Positions 41,315-50,754 of a stretch of 64,000 nt of DNA are shown one piece after another. Under the pieces are notes generated by a model. It ran no database searches, was not told where the DNA came from, and saw only the letters and a list, made by a program, of their open reading frames with translations. The DNA lies in contig CAWCKY010000001.1 in NCBI GenBank assembly GCA_963796275.1, positions 1,260,662 through 1,324,661 on the forward strand. The letters are read 5' to 3'. This DNA is from an uncultured Acidobacteriota bacterium. Lineage in GTDB: Bacteria > Acidobacteriota > Blastocatellia > RBC074. How positions within the stretch are numbered: position 1 is the first letter of the stretch; each line of letters begins with the position of its first letter. Both the position numbers and the translations under genes were made by a program.

Positions 41315-43185
41315 GTGACGCTTACTTTACTTGATTGGGTAGTCATTGCAGCCTATTTCCTCTTCAACCTCGGGATCGGCCTCTACTACGCGCGACGCGC
41401 ACGCGGCAATACAAATGAGTTCTTCCTCTCCGGTAGAAACGTGCCATGGTGGCTGGCGGGCACTTCAATGGTAGCAACGACTTTTGCCGCCGATACGCCG
41501 CTGGCAGTCACAGGGCTGGTTGCCAGCAATGGCATAGCGGGTAACTGGCTCTGGTGGAATTTCGTCATGAGCGGGATGCTGACGGTCTTTTTTTATGCCC
41601 GTTTGTGGCGACGTGCCGGTGTCATGACCGACGTGGAATTTGCCGAGTTGCGTTATGCGGGTAAACCTGCTGCATTCCTCCGCGGCTTCCGGGCGCTCTA
41701 TTTGGGTATTCCGATCAACTGCATCGTGATGGGTTGGGTCAATCTGGCGATGGTGAAAATACTGGAAATAACGCTCGGCGTTAATAAAAATACGGCGGTG
41801 ATAATTGTCGTCGGCATTCTTCTCTTCACAGCCTTCTACACTACCATTTCAGGATTATGGGGAGTGCTGGTAACCGATCTTTTTCAGTTCGTTCTGAAGA
41901 TGGGGATGGTGATTATGCTCGCGGTTCTGGCAGTCAATGCTGTGGGCGGAATAGATGAGCTGAAGACGAAGATCATCGCAATGGATGCGGCTAGCGGACA
42001 AGCCGGATCGCGGCTCTCATTCTTTCCCGCGCTCGATTCAGTCTGGATGCCGACCATCACCCTCTTTGTTTATCTTGCCGTCAACTGGTGGGCAAGCTGG
42101 TATCCCGGGGCTGAGCCGGGCGGGGGGGGCTATGTTGCGCAGCGCATCTTCTCAGCGAAGGATGAGCGACACGGCCTGCTCGCGACGCTCTGGTTCAATA
42201 TCGCACATTACGCACTGAGGCCATGGCCGTGGATCCTGACGGCGCTTGCTTCGCTCATACTTTATCCTGAATTGGCCGATAAAGAGGCCGGTTATATCCG
42301 AACGCTGATGGATCCCCATATTTTCCCGCCCTATCTGCGCGGATTTATGCTGGCGGCTTTTGCGGCGGCTTACATGTCTACCATCGGCACGCAACTGAAC
42401 TGGGGCGCCTCATACGTCATAAATGATTTCTATCGCCGTTTTCTCGTGCAGGAGGCTAGCGAGCGCCATTACGTCATCACATCTCAGTTAATGACACTCT
42501 TGTTGATGGTGATCTCGCTTTTGGTGACCTTCAATCTGGAATCGATCAGTAAAGCATGGAAGCTGTTGTTGGTTACAGGCGCGGGGACGGGCACAGTGCT
42601 GCTGCTACGATGGTTCTGGTGGAGGATCAATGCCTGGTCGGAGGTGACCGCGATGTCTGTTGCGGCGGCCGTCTCGCTCTTTTTGCAGCTCTACCTGGAC
42701 TGGGATAGTGATCAACCCAGAGATTTTGCATACCTAATGCTGACCACCGTCGGTATCACAACCGTAGCCTGGCTCGCCATAACACTCCTCACTCCTGCCG
42801 AGCCGACTGAGAAGCTGATCAATTTCTATCGTCAGGTGAGACCGGAGGGCCCTGGCTGGAGACCCATCGCAGCTAAAGCCGGCATCAGTACAATTAATGT
42901 GAGCGGCGGACTGGCCGTGCAATTTGCCAACTGGATTCTGGTTGCTTATTGATCTATACGTCTCTTTTCGGTATAGGCAAATTGGTCTTCAAGGAATGGG
43001 GAGAAGGTCTGCTCTATCTTGTCACTGCCGAAGTTGCCGGGGCTTTGATTTCATGGAACCTATCGCGAATTGGATGGCAGAGCTTTTCCACTGATGAGCT
43101 ACTACCCGATCAAAGCCCGGAACCAGAAAACCCAGTTCACCATGGAGGCGTAGAGATCGCCGATGCAACGCAGAGAGATAACTAA
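41315..43185 (+). CDS. Sodium:solute symporter (SSS) (frameshift near 42945)
   Basis: GTG start with RBS; [43 protein letters not shown]; tail in ORF 42949-43185. Confidence 0.9.
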
Positions 43186-43399
43186 AGCCTGTGCAAATTA
43201 AAGTTGAATGCAATCAACCACTTGGTATACGCCACCGGGCGCAATCAAGATGATCTTTGATACAAGTAATAGGGTTGCCTTCTCGAAAGTCGGTGAGGAA
43301 ACAAACTTGATAAACCCAAATGTTGGCCAGAACAAGCATCTCTCCCGCGTTATCCCAACCAGCCCGGCTGATGAAAAATTTCGTTTAGTATTTGCAGGA

Positions 43400-43660
43400 T
43401 AGTAGAGCCACTACACCTGATCACTTACCTTTTGGTTCAAGCCTTTCAGCCGATTTGGCTTGTCACAATTCACGACGCTTATGGCAATCACTTATGTTGA
43501 CCATACCATCAAACTCTAGCCCTCGACCGCCTTCCGACTGGCAGTCACAGCCTCATCTCACGACTTGGCTGTCGATACCTCCCTGGAGTTACATTGTTCC
43601 GAGAGCTTCACACCTCGCCTTTACAAGCGTTGCGTGTCTCGGTAGGGTATTTGCGACATA
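43400..43660 (-). mobile_element. Probable group II intron ribozyme fragment (no RT ORF)
   Basis: Minus strand TACCCTACCGAGAC...GGTGTGAAGCTCTCGGAACAATGTA...CTGCCAG...GGCGGTCGAGGGCTAG...GGTATGGTCAACATAAGTGA...AAGCCAAA...GGCTTGAACCAAAAGGTA resembles bacterial group II intron domain I. Recognised by eye only. Confidence 0.55.
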
Positions 43661-43994
43661 AAATTGGAGCGCAAGCGCTTTCACTCCACGAACCGACCAA
43701 ATCAACGTTGAGCGCGAAGGCTGAATACTATGACGACGTGAACTCGGGAATCTTTCTCGGCTGGGTCAATAAAGAACGCGGCATTGATGGTTGCCTCACG
43801 GAGCGGCGATGGCCACGCGATCAACGCGAGAGTTCGTTTGGCTGATACGTATAGCAAGGATGAATATGCGCAGCGTTTGCTAGATGAGCGATCTGGCCTG
43901 TCGCATGTGGGGAATTCAATCCCAAGCTCACCCTAGACCGACCGAAACGGATCGAGTTCTTCACATAAATGAGAAATCAACTTTGAGGAAGAAT

Positions 43995-45677
43995 ATGAAC
44001 CTGCCCTTTCTGTTTCTGCAATCGAGCGAGATACGCCTTGGAACGATTGATTATGCGGTGCTGGCGCTTTACTTTCTGGTGATCTTCGCCATCGGCTGGT
44101 ATTTCTCGCGCAAAGAGCGCACGACGACGGACTATTTTTTGGCGAGCCGCGACGTAGCCTGGTGGGCCATCGGCGCTTCGCTATTTTCGTCGAATATCGG
44201 AAGCGAACATTTCATCGGATTGGCCGGATCGGCCGCCGCCAGGGGAATGGCTGGAGGGCATTTTGAATGGCTGGCTTCGATCATCGTGCTGATATTAGGC
44301 TGGGTCTTCGTGCCGCTCTATTTGCGCTCGAACGTATACACGATGCCGGAGTTTCTGGAGCGGCGCTACAACGGAGCGTGCCGCACGTATCTCGCCGGCA
44401 TTTCGCTGATCGCCTATTTGTTCACAAAGATATCGGTTTCGATCTTTGCCGGGGCAATTGTGCTCAAAGCCGTGTTGGGGTGGGGCATGGTTGAAAGCTC
44501 GCTGGCGTTGGTGATCGCGACGGGAATTTACACCGTTGCCGGAGGGCTTGCGGCAGTGATCTACACCGAAGTAATTCAGACGGTGATCCTGGTGGCTGGG
44601 GCGCTGACCTTGACATTTATCGGCCTGGAAAAGGTCGGTGGCTGGGACGGGTTGCAAGCCGCTGTGCCTGCGGACTTCTTTCATATGATGAAGCCGTCCA
44701 CCGACAAGGAATTCCCGTGGACGGGAATTTTCTTTGGCGCTCCGATTCTGGGCATCTGGTACTGGTGTACGGATCAAGTGATCGTGCAGCGCGTGCTGGC
44801 GGCAAAAAACATAGGCCACGCGAAAGGCGGAACCGTGGTCGCCGGATTCCTGAAAATACTGCCGGTGTTCATGCTGATGGCGCCGGGGATGATCGCACGC
44901 GCGCTCTACCCGCAAGAGATGGCAGCCGATTCCAACTCGGCTTTCCCCACACTGGTTATACGGTTGATGCCGGCGGGGTTGATGGGAGTCATGGTGGCGG
45001 CGATGCTGGCGGCGTTGATGGCGAGCAAAGCCGCGGTATTCAATTCCAGTTCGACCATTTTCACGATGGACTTTTACAAGAAGATCAGGCCGGCCGCTTC
45101 TGACAGACACCTGATCAATGTCGGGCGCGTAGCGACAATAGTTATGGTCGGGCTGAGTTTATTGTGGATTCCATTTATGGACCGCATAAGTTCTCAGCTC
45201 TGGATCTATTTGCAAAGCGTGCAGGCTTACATCTCGCCCCCCATCGCCGCGGTCTTCCTGCTTGGAGTCTTTTGGAAGCGCCTTAACGGACAGGGCGCGA
45301 TTGTGTCGCTACTAGTGGGATTCGTTCTCGGAGCAACACGGTTCGTTCTTGAAGTCCAATATAAGGGCGCGCCTCCCGGCGGCTTTCTTGGGTTTTATAT
45401 CGGGATCAACTTCCTCCATTTCGCCGCGTTGATGTTCGTTATTTGTGTGGGAACTCTGGTCATAGTCAGTTTGTTGACTCCCGCGCCCAAAGCCGAGAAG
45501 GTCAATGGCCTGACATTTCAGACTATCAAGGAAAAGATCTCGATGGGAGAGGTAGAATCGGCGACCATCCTGGAGGCGCCGGCCGAGGAAGAGACGCCTT
45601 TGCAAAGGCGCGTCAATACGGCCTTCGCCTTGCTGCTGATCGCGACAGTCATCTCGCTCTGGGTCTACTTCGCCTGA
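43995..45677 (+). CDS. SGLT-like sodium/sugar symporter
   Basis: ASLFSSNIGSEHFIGLAG, TMPEFLERRY, WYWCTDQVIVQR, LQSVQAYISPP; RBS GAGGA. Confidence 0.93.
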   Translation: MNLPFLFLQSSEIRLGTIDYAVLALYFLVIFAIGWYFSRKERTTTDYFLASRDVAWWAIGASLFSSNIGSEHFIGLAGSAAARGMAGGHFEWLASIIVLILGWVFVPLYLRSNVYTMPEFLERRYNGACRTYLAGISLIAYLFTKISVSIFAGAIVLKAVLGWGMVESSLALVIATGIYTVAGGLAAVIYTEVIQTVILVAGALTLTFIGLEKVGGWDGLQAAVPADFFHMMKPSTDKEFPWTGIFFGAPILGIWYWCTDQVIVQRVLAAKNIGHAKGGTVVAGFLKILPVFMLMAPGMIARALYPQEMAADSNSAFPTLVIRLMPAGLMGVMVAAMLAALMASKAAVFNSSSTIFTMDFYKKIRPAASDRHLINVGRVATIVMVGLSLLWIPFMDRISSQLWIYLQSVQAYISPPIAAVFLLGVFWKRLNGQGAIVSLLVGFVLGATRFVLEVQYKGAPPGGFLGFYIGINFLHFAALMFVICVGTLVIVSLLTPAPKAEKVNGLTFQTIKEKISMGEVESATILEAPAEEETPLQRRVNTAFALLLIATVISLWVYFA

Positions 45678-45687
45678 TTCCGACTTC

Positions 45688-46212
45688 ATGCTCATCACTG
45701 CTGTCAAACCGGACATCACTCGCGAGCAGGCGATCGCGAGGTTTCGCGGGGTCTTCAGTCAACTGCGCCACGGTCAATTGCGGATCGCGGCGGACTTCTA
45801 TATCCCATACCGCTTTTTCCAAATAACCTGGGGCCAGGGGCGAAGAGCGACTGACACAATCCTCGCCGCCGATGCGGTGACCGGCAAATTCGATCTGATT
45901 GAGTTCAACCAGTTGCCGGAGGAGGGGGACAGGATGAGCGTTGATACCGTGTTGTTCGCTGAAGAGCGCGTCAACGAAGAGGATGCTTTTAAACTGGTTC
46001 GAGAGCGGATGATGCGGTTGGTGTTTATGAAAGGCTTCTTCAAACTACACCGCGTGAACCTGGAGATCAATCTGGCTGCAAGTTTGCATTTGCCTTACTG
46101 GGTCGGAGTATACGATCGGCAGGGACGCGCGCATCTTGAAATCATCAACGCCTTGCAAGGAGGTTTCGAAGGAGCCAAGCTTCGCGAAATAGTGGCGGAA
46201 TGGTTTCAATAG
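45688..46212 (+). CDS. Hypothetical protein
   Basis: 174-aa ORF 10 nt after the symporter stop, same strand. Confidence 0.75.
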   Translation: MLITAVKPDITREQAIARFRGVFSQLRHGQLRIAADFYIPYRFFQITWGQGRRATDTILAADAVTGKFDLIEFNQLPEEGDRMSVDTVLFAEERVNEEDAFKLVRERMMRLVFMKGFFKLHRVNLEINLAASLHLPYWVGVYDRQGRAHLEIINALQGGFEGAKLREIVAEWFQ

Positions 46213-46235
46213 CCGCCTGAAAGGAGCCATCGAGA

Positions 46236-46292
46236 TGATGACTGTAGACGCATTGCGCGTTCAATTTTTCGAACTTTACGGACGCGAGCCGG
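46236..46292 (+). pseudogene. Possible galactokinase 5' remnant
   Basis: AGGAG RBS; MMTVDALRVQFFELYGREP resembles GalK N-termini just before the (absent) APGRVNLIGEH; follows a sugar symporter. Confidence 0.4.
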
Positions 46293-46421
46293 CAGTGGAG
46301 GAGTCACAGTCGTCATTATGGCTTCCACTTAATAGACTGGGAGAACTGGCGACGCAACTGTTCTAGCCAGTGGCAACGTAAGGTGCAGATCGGGTTTGCA
46401 GTATTGTCCAACAACGCACGG

Positions 46422-46464
46422 ATGATAGGTTGATTCCGGAGGTGTGGCTGTCCAGTATTGGACA
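46422..46464 (-). promoter_or_regulatory. Operator TGTCC-N6-GGACA plus -10 (leftward promoter)
   Basis: TGTCCAATACTGGACA (46464-46449), 21 nt, TATCAT (46427-46422). Confidence 0.75.
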
Positions 46465-46562
46465 AGGTTGAAAAGAATTATACGAGGCCCGCAAACATGC
46501 GTGGTCGCGCTCGATTGCTTGGCCAGGGACGTCCCTCACGCATTCTTCACCACCTGCTGGTA

Positions 46563-46605
46563 TGTGCGATAGCGCATAGACAGCCCCTCGCGCGTCTGAT
46601 AGTTT
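46563..46605 (+). promoter_or_regulatory. Second-type Crp-like operator TGTGCG-N4-CGCATA plus extended -10 upstream of crp
   Basis: TGTGCGATAGCGCATA, 21 nt, (TGA)TAGTTT. Confidence 0.6.
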
Positions 46606-46726
46606 GGTGGCGGTTAATACTTCTTTGATAGTTCATCATTCGACATCGGGATCGGGCCGATTACCTTCTCCTTGTGCCGTCTGTTGGGTTCCCAAACATG
46701 ACAGCAACCAGATAAGGAGACTTTTC

Positions 46727-47449
46727 ATGCTTCGATTCACAAAAACACGCGAGCCGGTGGCCAACCAGTTGCTCGCCGCCCTGCCAACCAAAGAATATCA
46801 ACGTCTGCGGCCTTACTTAAAAGAGGTCACCTTACCTTTCGGTGAGATCATTTACGAATCCGGCGAGATCATCCGGCATGTCTATTTCCCGAATCAGGGC
46901 ATTGTTTCTCTGCTCTCCATGGTGGCAGAGCGCTCGACGCTCGAAGTTGGCATCGTGGGCGACGAAGGTATGGTCGGCATCTCGGTCTTCCTGGGGATGG
47001 GCGCTTCGCTCAACCAAGCGCTGGTGCAAGGCGCGGGCACGGCCATGAGGATGAAAGCTGAAGCAATGCGCAAACACGTCGGGCATGAGGGACCGTTACC
47101 GGACATGCTCCGCCGCTACGCGAACTCGTTACTGGCGCAGATTTCCCAGACGGCTGCCTGTAACCGCTTCCACAGGGTGGAGGCGCGCCTCGCCCGCTGG
47201 CTGCTCATGACGCACGACCGTCTCCGGTCAAATCAATTCCGGCTCACCCAGGAGTTCCTCTCCCACATGTTGGGCGTGCGTCGCGAGGGCGTCACCAATG
47301 CAGCCCGCGCCCTCCAGCAAGGGAAGCTGATCAGCTACGTCCGAGGCCAGATCACGATCCTCGACCGAGCAGGCTTGGAAGCGGGGTCTTGCGGATGTTA
47401 CGGGATTGTCAAATTGGATGTCTCGGCTAAGGCTGACAAAAGGCGGTAG
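46727..47449 (+). CDS. Crp/Fnr family transcriptional regulator (NQLLAALP type)
   Basis: AAGGAG RBS; VYFP..GIVSL, EVGIVGDEGMVG, AACNRFH, HTH LTQEFLSHMLGVRREGVT, C-terminal CGCY. Confidence 0.93.
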   Translation: MLRFTKTREPVANQLLAALPTKEYQRLRPYLKEVTLPFGEIIYESGEIIRHVYFPNQGIVSLLSMVAERSTLEVGIVGDEGMVGISVFLGMGASLNQALVQGAGTAMRMKAEAMRKHVGHEGPLPDMLRRYANSLLAQISQTAACNRFHRVEARLARWLLMTHDRLRSNQFRLTQEFLSHMLGVRREGVTNAARALQQGKLISYVRGQITILDRAGLEAGSCGCYGIVKLDVSAKADKRR

Positions 47450-47460
47450 GACTCTTTACC

Positions 47461-47712
47461 CTTGCAGGACACCGGGACACGTTTTTCAGAGGGCTGCGCA
47501 ATATTCGAGTAAATGATGAAATCACATTGACGACGTTAGGTGGATACTATCGCTATCGCGTGGACTCGACCAAAGTGGTCGATCCCGAGGAGACTGAAGT
47601 GTTGGATAATGACGATGACGATATACTCACTCTAGTGACCTGTTACCCGTTCAATTTTGTGGGCACCGCACCCAGGAGATTTATCGTCCGCGCGCACAGA
47701 GTTCTTGAATGA
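47461..47712 (+). pseudogene. Class D-like sortase, C-terminal catalytic fragment
   Basis: In-frame LAGHRDTFFRGL...LTLVTCYPF...RFIVRA; N-terminal anchor missing. Confidence 0.8.
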
Positions 47713-47821
47713 GATGAAAGCCATCTTGCCTTGGTTACGGCATCCCGCTGGCTACCTGGGCCACTGTAGGAGCAGGCGTAAAAAACAGCCGGCACCACCC
47801 CGCCACCTTTCTTTCCAAAAT

Positions 47822-47864
47822 TGTCCAATACTGGACGGCAATTTATCCCAGGGTGGCCGACCCT
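47822..47864 (+). promoter_or_regulatory. Operator plus -10
   Basis: TGTCCAATACTGGACG, 21 nt, GACCCT; then GGAGG and ATG at 47881. Confidence 0.7.
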
Positions 47865-47880
47865 TAGCGAGGAGGAATTA

Positions 47881-48306
47881 ATGGTAAACACAATTAAAAC
47901 GGGGACCATTCTAATCGCGGAGGGGGCCCTTTTATCGGAATCCTTATTATTCGAAAGCGAGCCTTATGTTTATGGATGGAGACTGGTCAAAAACCTCGAT
48001 AGTAAAGGCTTGGATCAAATCGTCAGCAATGCAGGGTGGAACTTTTTATACATCGCCGGTGTGATTGATACTAACGTCTTCGGTTCTGATGAGAAGAAGA
48101 CCACACGTAAGGCGATCAAGCAGGTCATCGCTAACCTGAAATCGAAGAACTTTAATTGCCTGGAAATTACGCAAGTGGCCGCGAAACGATCCATGGGCTT
48201 GCCCTATGTGAGCGTTTCCGCTCACTCGCGACATATTCAAAAAGGGCCCGCTCTTTCCGAGAACCAGGAAATTGGGGACGAGAAGTACGAAACCGCTGAA
48301 GAATAA
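47881..48306 (+). CDS. Hypothetical protein
   Basis: Strong RBS GAGGAGG; MVNTIKTGTILI...FNCLEITQV...HSRHIQ. Confidence 0.8.
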   Translation: MVNTIKTGTILIAEGALLSESLLFESEPYVYGWRLVKNLDSKGLDQIVSNAGWNFLYIAGVIDTNVFGSDEKKTTRKAIKQVIANLKSKNFNCLEITQVAAKRSMGLPYVSVSAHSRHIQKGPALSENQEIGDEKYETAEE

Positions 48307-48387
48307 ACCGTACTGTTTCAAGCCGACCAGCGCTGATGGAATAGGGAAAATGAGGCTGAACTGCCGGCTAAGAAAGAGATCGCCACT

Positions 48388-48486
48388 ATGAAAACACGAA
48401 TCGGAACTTTCCAGCTTAGCCTGATCTTTACGGGCCTCATCGTGCTTTTCGCGCTCCTTATGATGTGGCCGAACAAAGCATCGTAA
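48388..48486 (+). CDS. Possible 32-aa membrane peptide
   Basis: MKTRIGTFQLSLIFTGLIVLFALLMMWPNKAS*. Confidence 0.35.
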   Translation: MKTRIGTFQLSLIFTGLIVLFALLMMWPNKAS

Positions 48487-48540
48487 TTTCCACGATGCGC
48501 CGAAACAGGCTGCCGATAACCCCTGAGCACCAGCACCATT

Positions 48541-48672
48541 TCCGAAAAGGTCATAGCTTTGGTAGACCATCATGCATTGCCCTACTTGTGGAACAATAGC
48601 TTCAACGGATCAAAATTTCTGCCGATCTTGTGGCATGGAGTTATCGGTCATTTCTCAACTGGTCGCGAAACA
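48541..48672 (+). repeat. ~130-bp inverted repeat arm (partner 53093-53223) encoding a zinc-ribbon N-terminus
   Basis: MHCPTCGTIASTDQNFCRSCG is encoded on + here and on - at 53093-53223, nearly identical. Confidence 0.9.
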
Positions 48673-49039
48673 TCTCTCCGAGACCGATCCCGCCCTGTTG
48701 CCGGCGGAAAGCGATGCCAGTAAGCCACGCCGAAGGACTACACTGCTGGGTCAGCCTTGTAGCGACAGGGAACGATGTCTCATTGATCACGCGATAACCG
48801 CTCTGCAAAAGATCGAAGGGCGCGAGCGGACAGACATGCTGACCAGGGAAGAGCTCGAAGTTTTACGCGGCGCTCGTAGGCCGCAATTGTTGGAACCGGA
48901 TTGCCCACGTCTTGAAATTGACCTCCACCGGCAGGTTTTGTTCGTCATTGACCGTGTGGAGGCTACGCCGCGCATTGGCTCTGTTCGTAACATTAAGCAC
49001 GCCACCGTCACCTTTCTTTCCGGACCTGTCCAATATTAG
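48572..49039 (+). pseudogene. Chimeric remnant: zinc ribbon fused to a duplicated L,D-transpeptidase segment
   Basis: 48747-48976 is a near-copy of 54383-54613 (HAITALQKIEGRER...QVLFVID). Confidence 0.8.
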
Positions 49040-49069
49040 ACGGCAATTTATCCCGCACTGACCGAACAT
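49027..49069 (+). promoter_or_regulatory. Operator plus -10
   Basis: TGTCCAATATTAGACG, 21 nt, GAACAT. Confidence 0.7.
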
Positions 49070-49158
49070 CAGCATGGTACTTAAGAGCTTCAGCTCCTCT
49101 GGAATCATCCGGACTATCTGAAAGAAAAAGCTCACCTAGTAAGGATAAGGAGGAATCA

Positions 49159-49455
49159 ATGTCTATCCAAAATAGCATACGAAGACTTAGGGTAACTTCT
49201 ATTGGCTCATTTCCCCGCTTTCTCATTATGTTCATCCTGGTAGTGGTCGGGCCACTTGTGTTGCTTGTGATTGGCGGATACAACCCGAATATCCTAGGGC
49301 AGGCCAGCATAGTGTGGTCCATCCTGGCTATCGTCCTGCTGATCTCAATCTGTATCGGCGGCGGCTTCCTGATGTTTAGGCGCAAGTCCGATGCAGGCGA
49401 AAGGTCTCTTTATCAGCCCCGAAGTAATGCTGAAAGGGGCGGAGACGAACCGTGA
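49159..49455 (+). CDS. Small two-TM membrane protein
   Basis: AAGGAGG RBS; two hydrophobic helices. Confidence 0.75.
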   Translation: MSIQNSIRRLRVTSIGSFPRFLIMFILVVVGPLVLLVIGGYNPNILGQASIVWSILAIVLLISICIGGGFLMFRRKSDAGERSLYQPRSNAERGGDEP

Positions 49456-49529
49456 GCCGACCTGAATGCAATAAGCGAAGATGAAATAAGGGTTGATGAG
49501 TGAGGACGCTCGGTGAGGAACATCCTTTG

Positions 49530-49800
49530 TGTTCATGCCTAATGAGCCACGCGCGCAGGATCGCCACGCCGGCTGGGTCTAAAGAACTGAAGAATCCGCA
49601 TCCAGTGACAGAAACCAGTTTGGCCGAGGCGCGCGCGCATTTATCGAGCATTGCTCGATCTGTCACGGCATTAAAGGTCTCGGCGACACATTGATCGGCC
49701 GCAATGTCTACCCGAAAGTCCCTGACATGACCAAAGCGGAAACGCAGCAATTGAGCGATGGTGAACTTTACTACATCGTCACCAATGACATCAGGGATGA
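49530..49800 (+). pseudogene. Decayed cytochrome c
   Basis: KNPHPVTETSLAEARAH / EHCSICHG (CxxCH) / GRNVYPKVPDMT...LSDGELYYIVTN, split across frames. Confidence 0.75.
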
Positions 49801-49903
49801 CCATGACCCTAGCAACCTTTCTGACCCCGTCAAAATAGGTAATGCGATTGATTTGGCAAAAGGCCAGGCCATCGATTTTGGGTAAAGTTCCTCAGTTCGA
49901 GAT

Positions 49904-49946
49904 TGTCCAAAATTGGACAGCAATATATTCCAGGTTGGCCGATCAT
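49904..49946 (+). promoter_or_regulatory. Operator plus -10 upstream of a short ORF and groESL
   Basis: TGTCCAAAATTGGACA, 21 nt, GATCAT. Confidence 0.75.
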
Positions 49947-50282
49947 CAGTGTGGAGCTTAAGAATTTACTGGACGCAAGGAGTTATCAATATCTATTCAA
50001 GATATCCTGAAAGGAACGAGGTACATACCCTGTGCGAAATTTGAGCAGGACCCTCTATGTTTCCAGCGGGATCGAAAATCTAAAAGAGGAAGTGGCAGTT
50101 CTAGAAGCCGAGTTTACCGAGTTAGAGCAGAAGAATCTCCGTTCCCCCCCTCTGCTTCAGAAGCTAGGCGAGTACTTCGGTTTTGGAGCCGCTGGGAAGC
50201 TAGTTGGGCTCGGTTCAGAACTCAATTCCAAACGGGAACAATTGGATCGCTTCGAGGCTCAGCCTGAGATACTGAAAGTAAC
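49904..50282 (+). repeat. Diverged direct repeat (partner 56219-56558) with promoter and degenerate coiled-coil ORF
   Basis: Shared CTAAAAGAGGAAGTKGCAGTTCTAG...CTTCGGTTTTGGAGC...TTCGAGGCTCAG...CTGAAAGTA. Confidence 0.8.
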
Positions 50283-50347
50283 ACGCTAAGCACTATGGCG
50301 CCTCCTCACAATTTATCAGTAAATCAAAGGAATAAGGATAAAGAACT

Positions 50348-50689
50348 ATGGCTAACAACATCAGACCCCTGCATGATCGTGTGATCGTGCGTCGGATCAC
50401 AGAGGGCGAGCAGTCGCGCGGCGGGATACTCATCCCGGACACCGCTCGAGAGAGGCCGCAGGAAGGTGAAGTCGTAGCGGTCGGCGAAGGAAAATACCGC
50501 ACAGATGGCGCCAGACAATTGCTCGATGTCCGCGCGGGCGATCGCGTGCTATTCGGCAAGTACAGCGACTCCGAGATCAAGCTCGGTGGCGAAGTACTGT
50601 TGGTTATGCGCGAGGATGATATCTTCGGCATCGTCGAGCGCGCTGGCACCGTGACCAATTCCAGCGACGGCAAAAAACATGGCGAGTAG
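50348..50689 (+). CDS. groES: Co-chaperonin GroES
   Basis: [46 protein letters not shown]. Confidence 0.97.
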   Translation: MANNIRPLHDRVIVRRITEGEQSRGGILIPDTARERPQEGEVVAVGEGKYRTDGARQLLDVRAGDRVLFGKYSDSEIKLGGEVLLVMREDDIFGIVERAGTVTNSSDGKKHGE

Positions 50690-50754
50690 CCACCGAACAG
50701 TCTCGATGCTTTTACATTTACATCGATATTGAATGAAGAGAGAGAGAGGAAGAT

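Noticed and set aside
50287-50313. CIRCE element before groES
   Set aside because: Only a left-arm-like TAAGCACTA; no matching right arm at 9-nt spacing.
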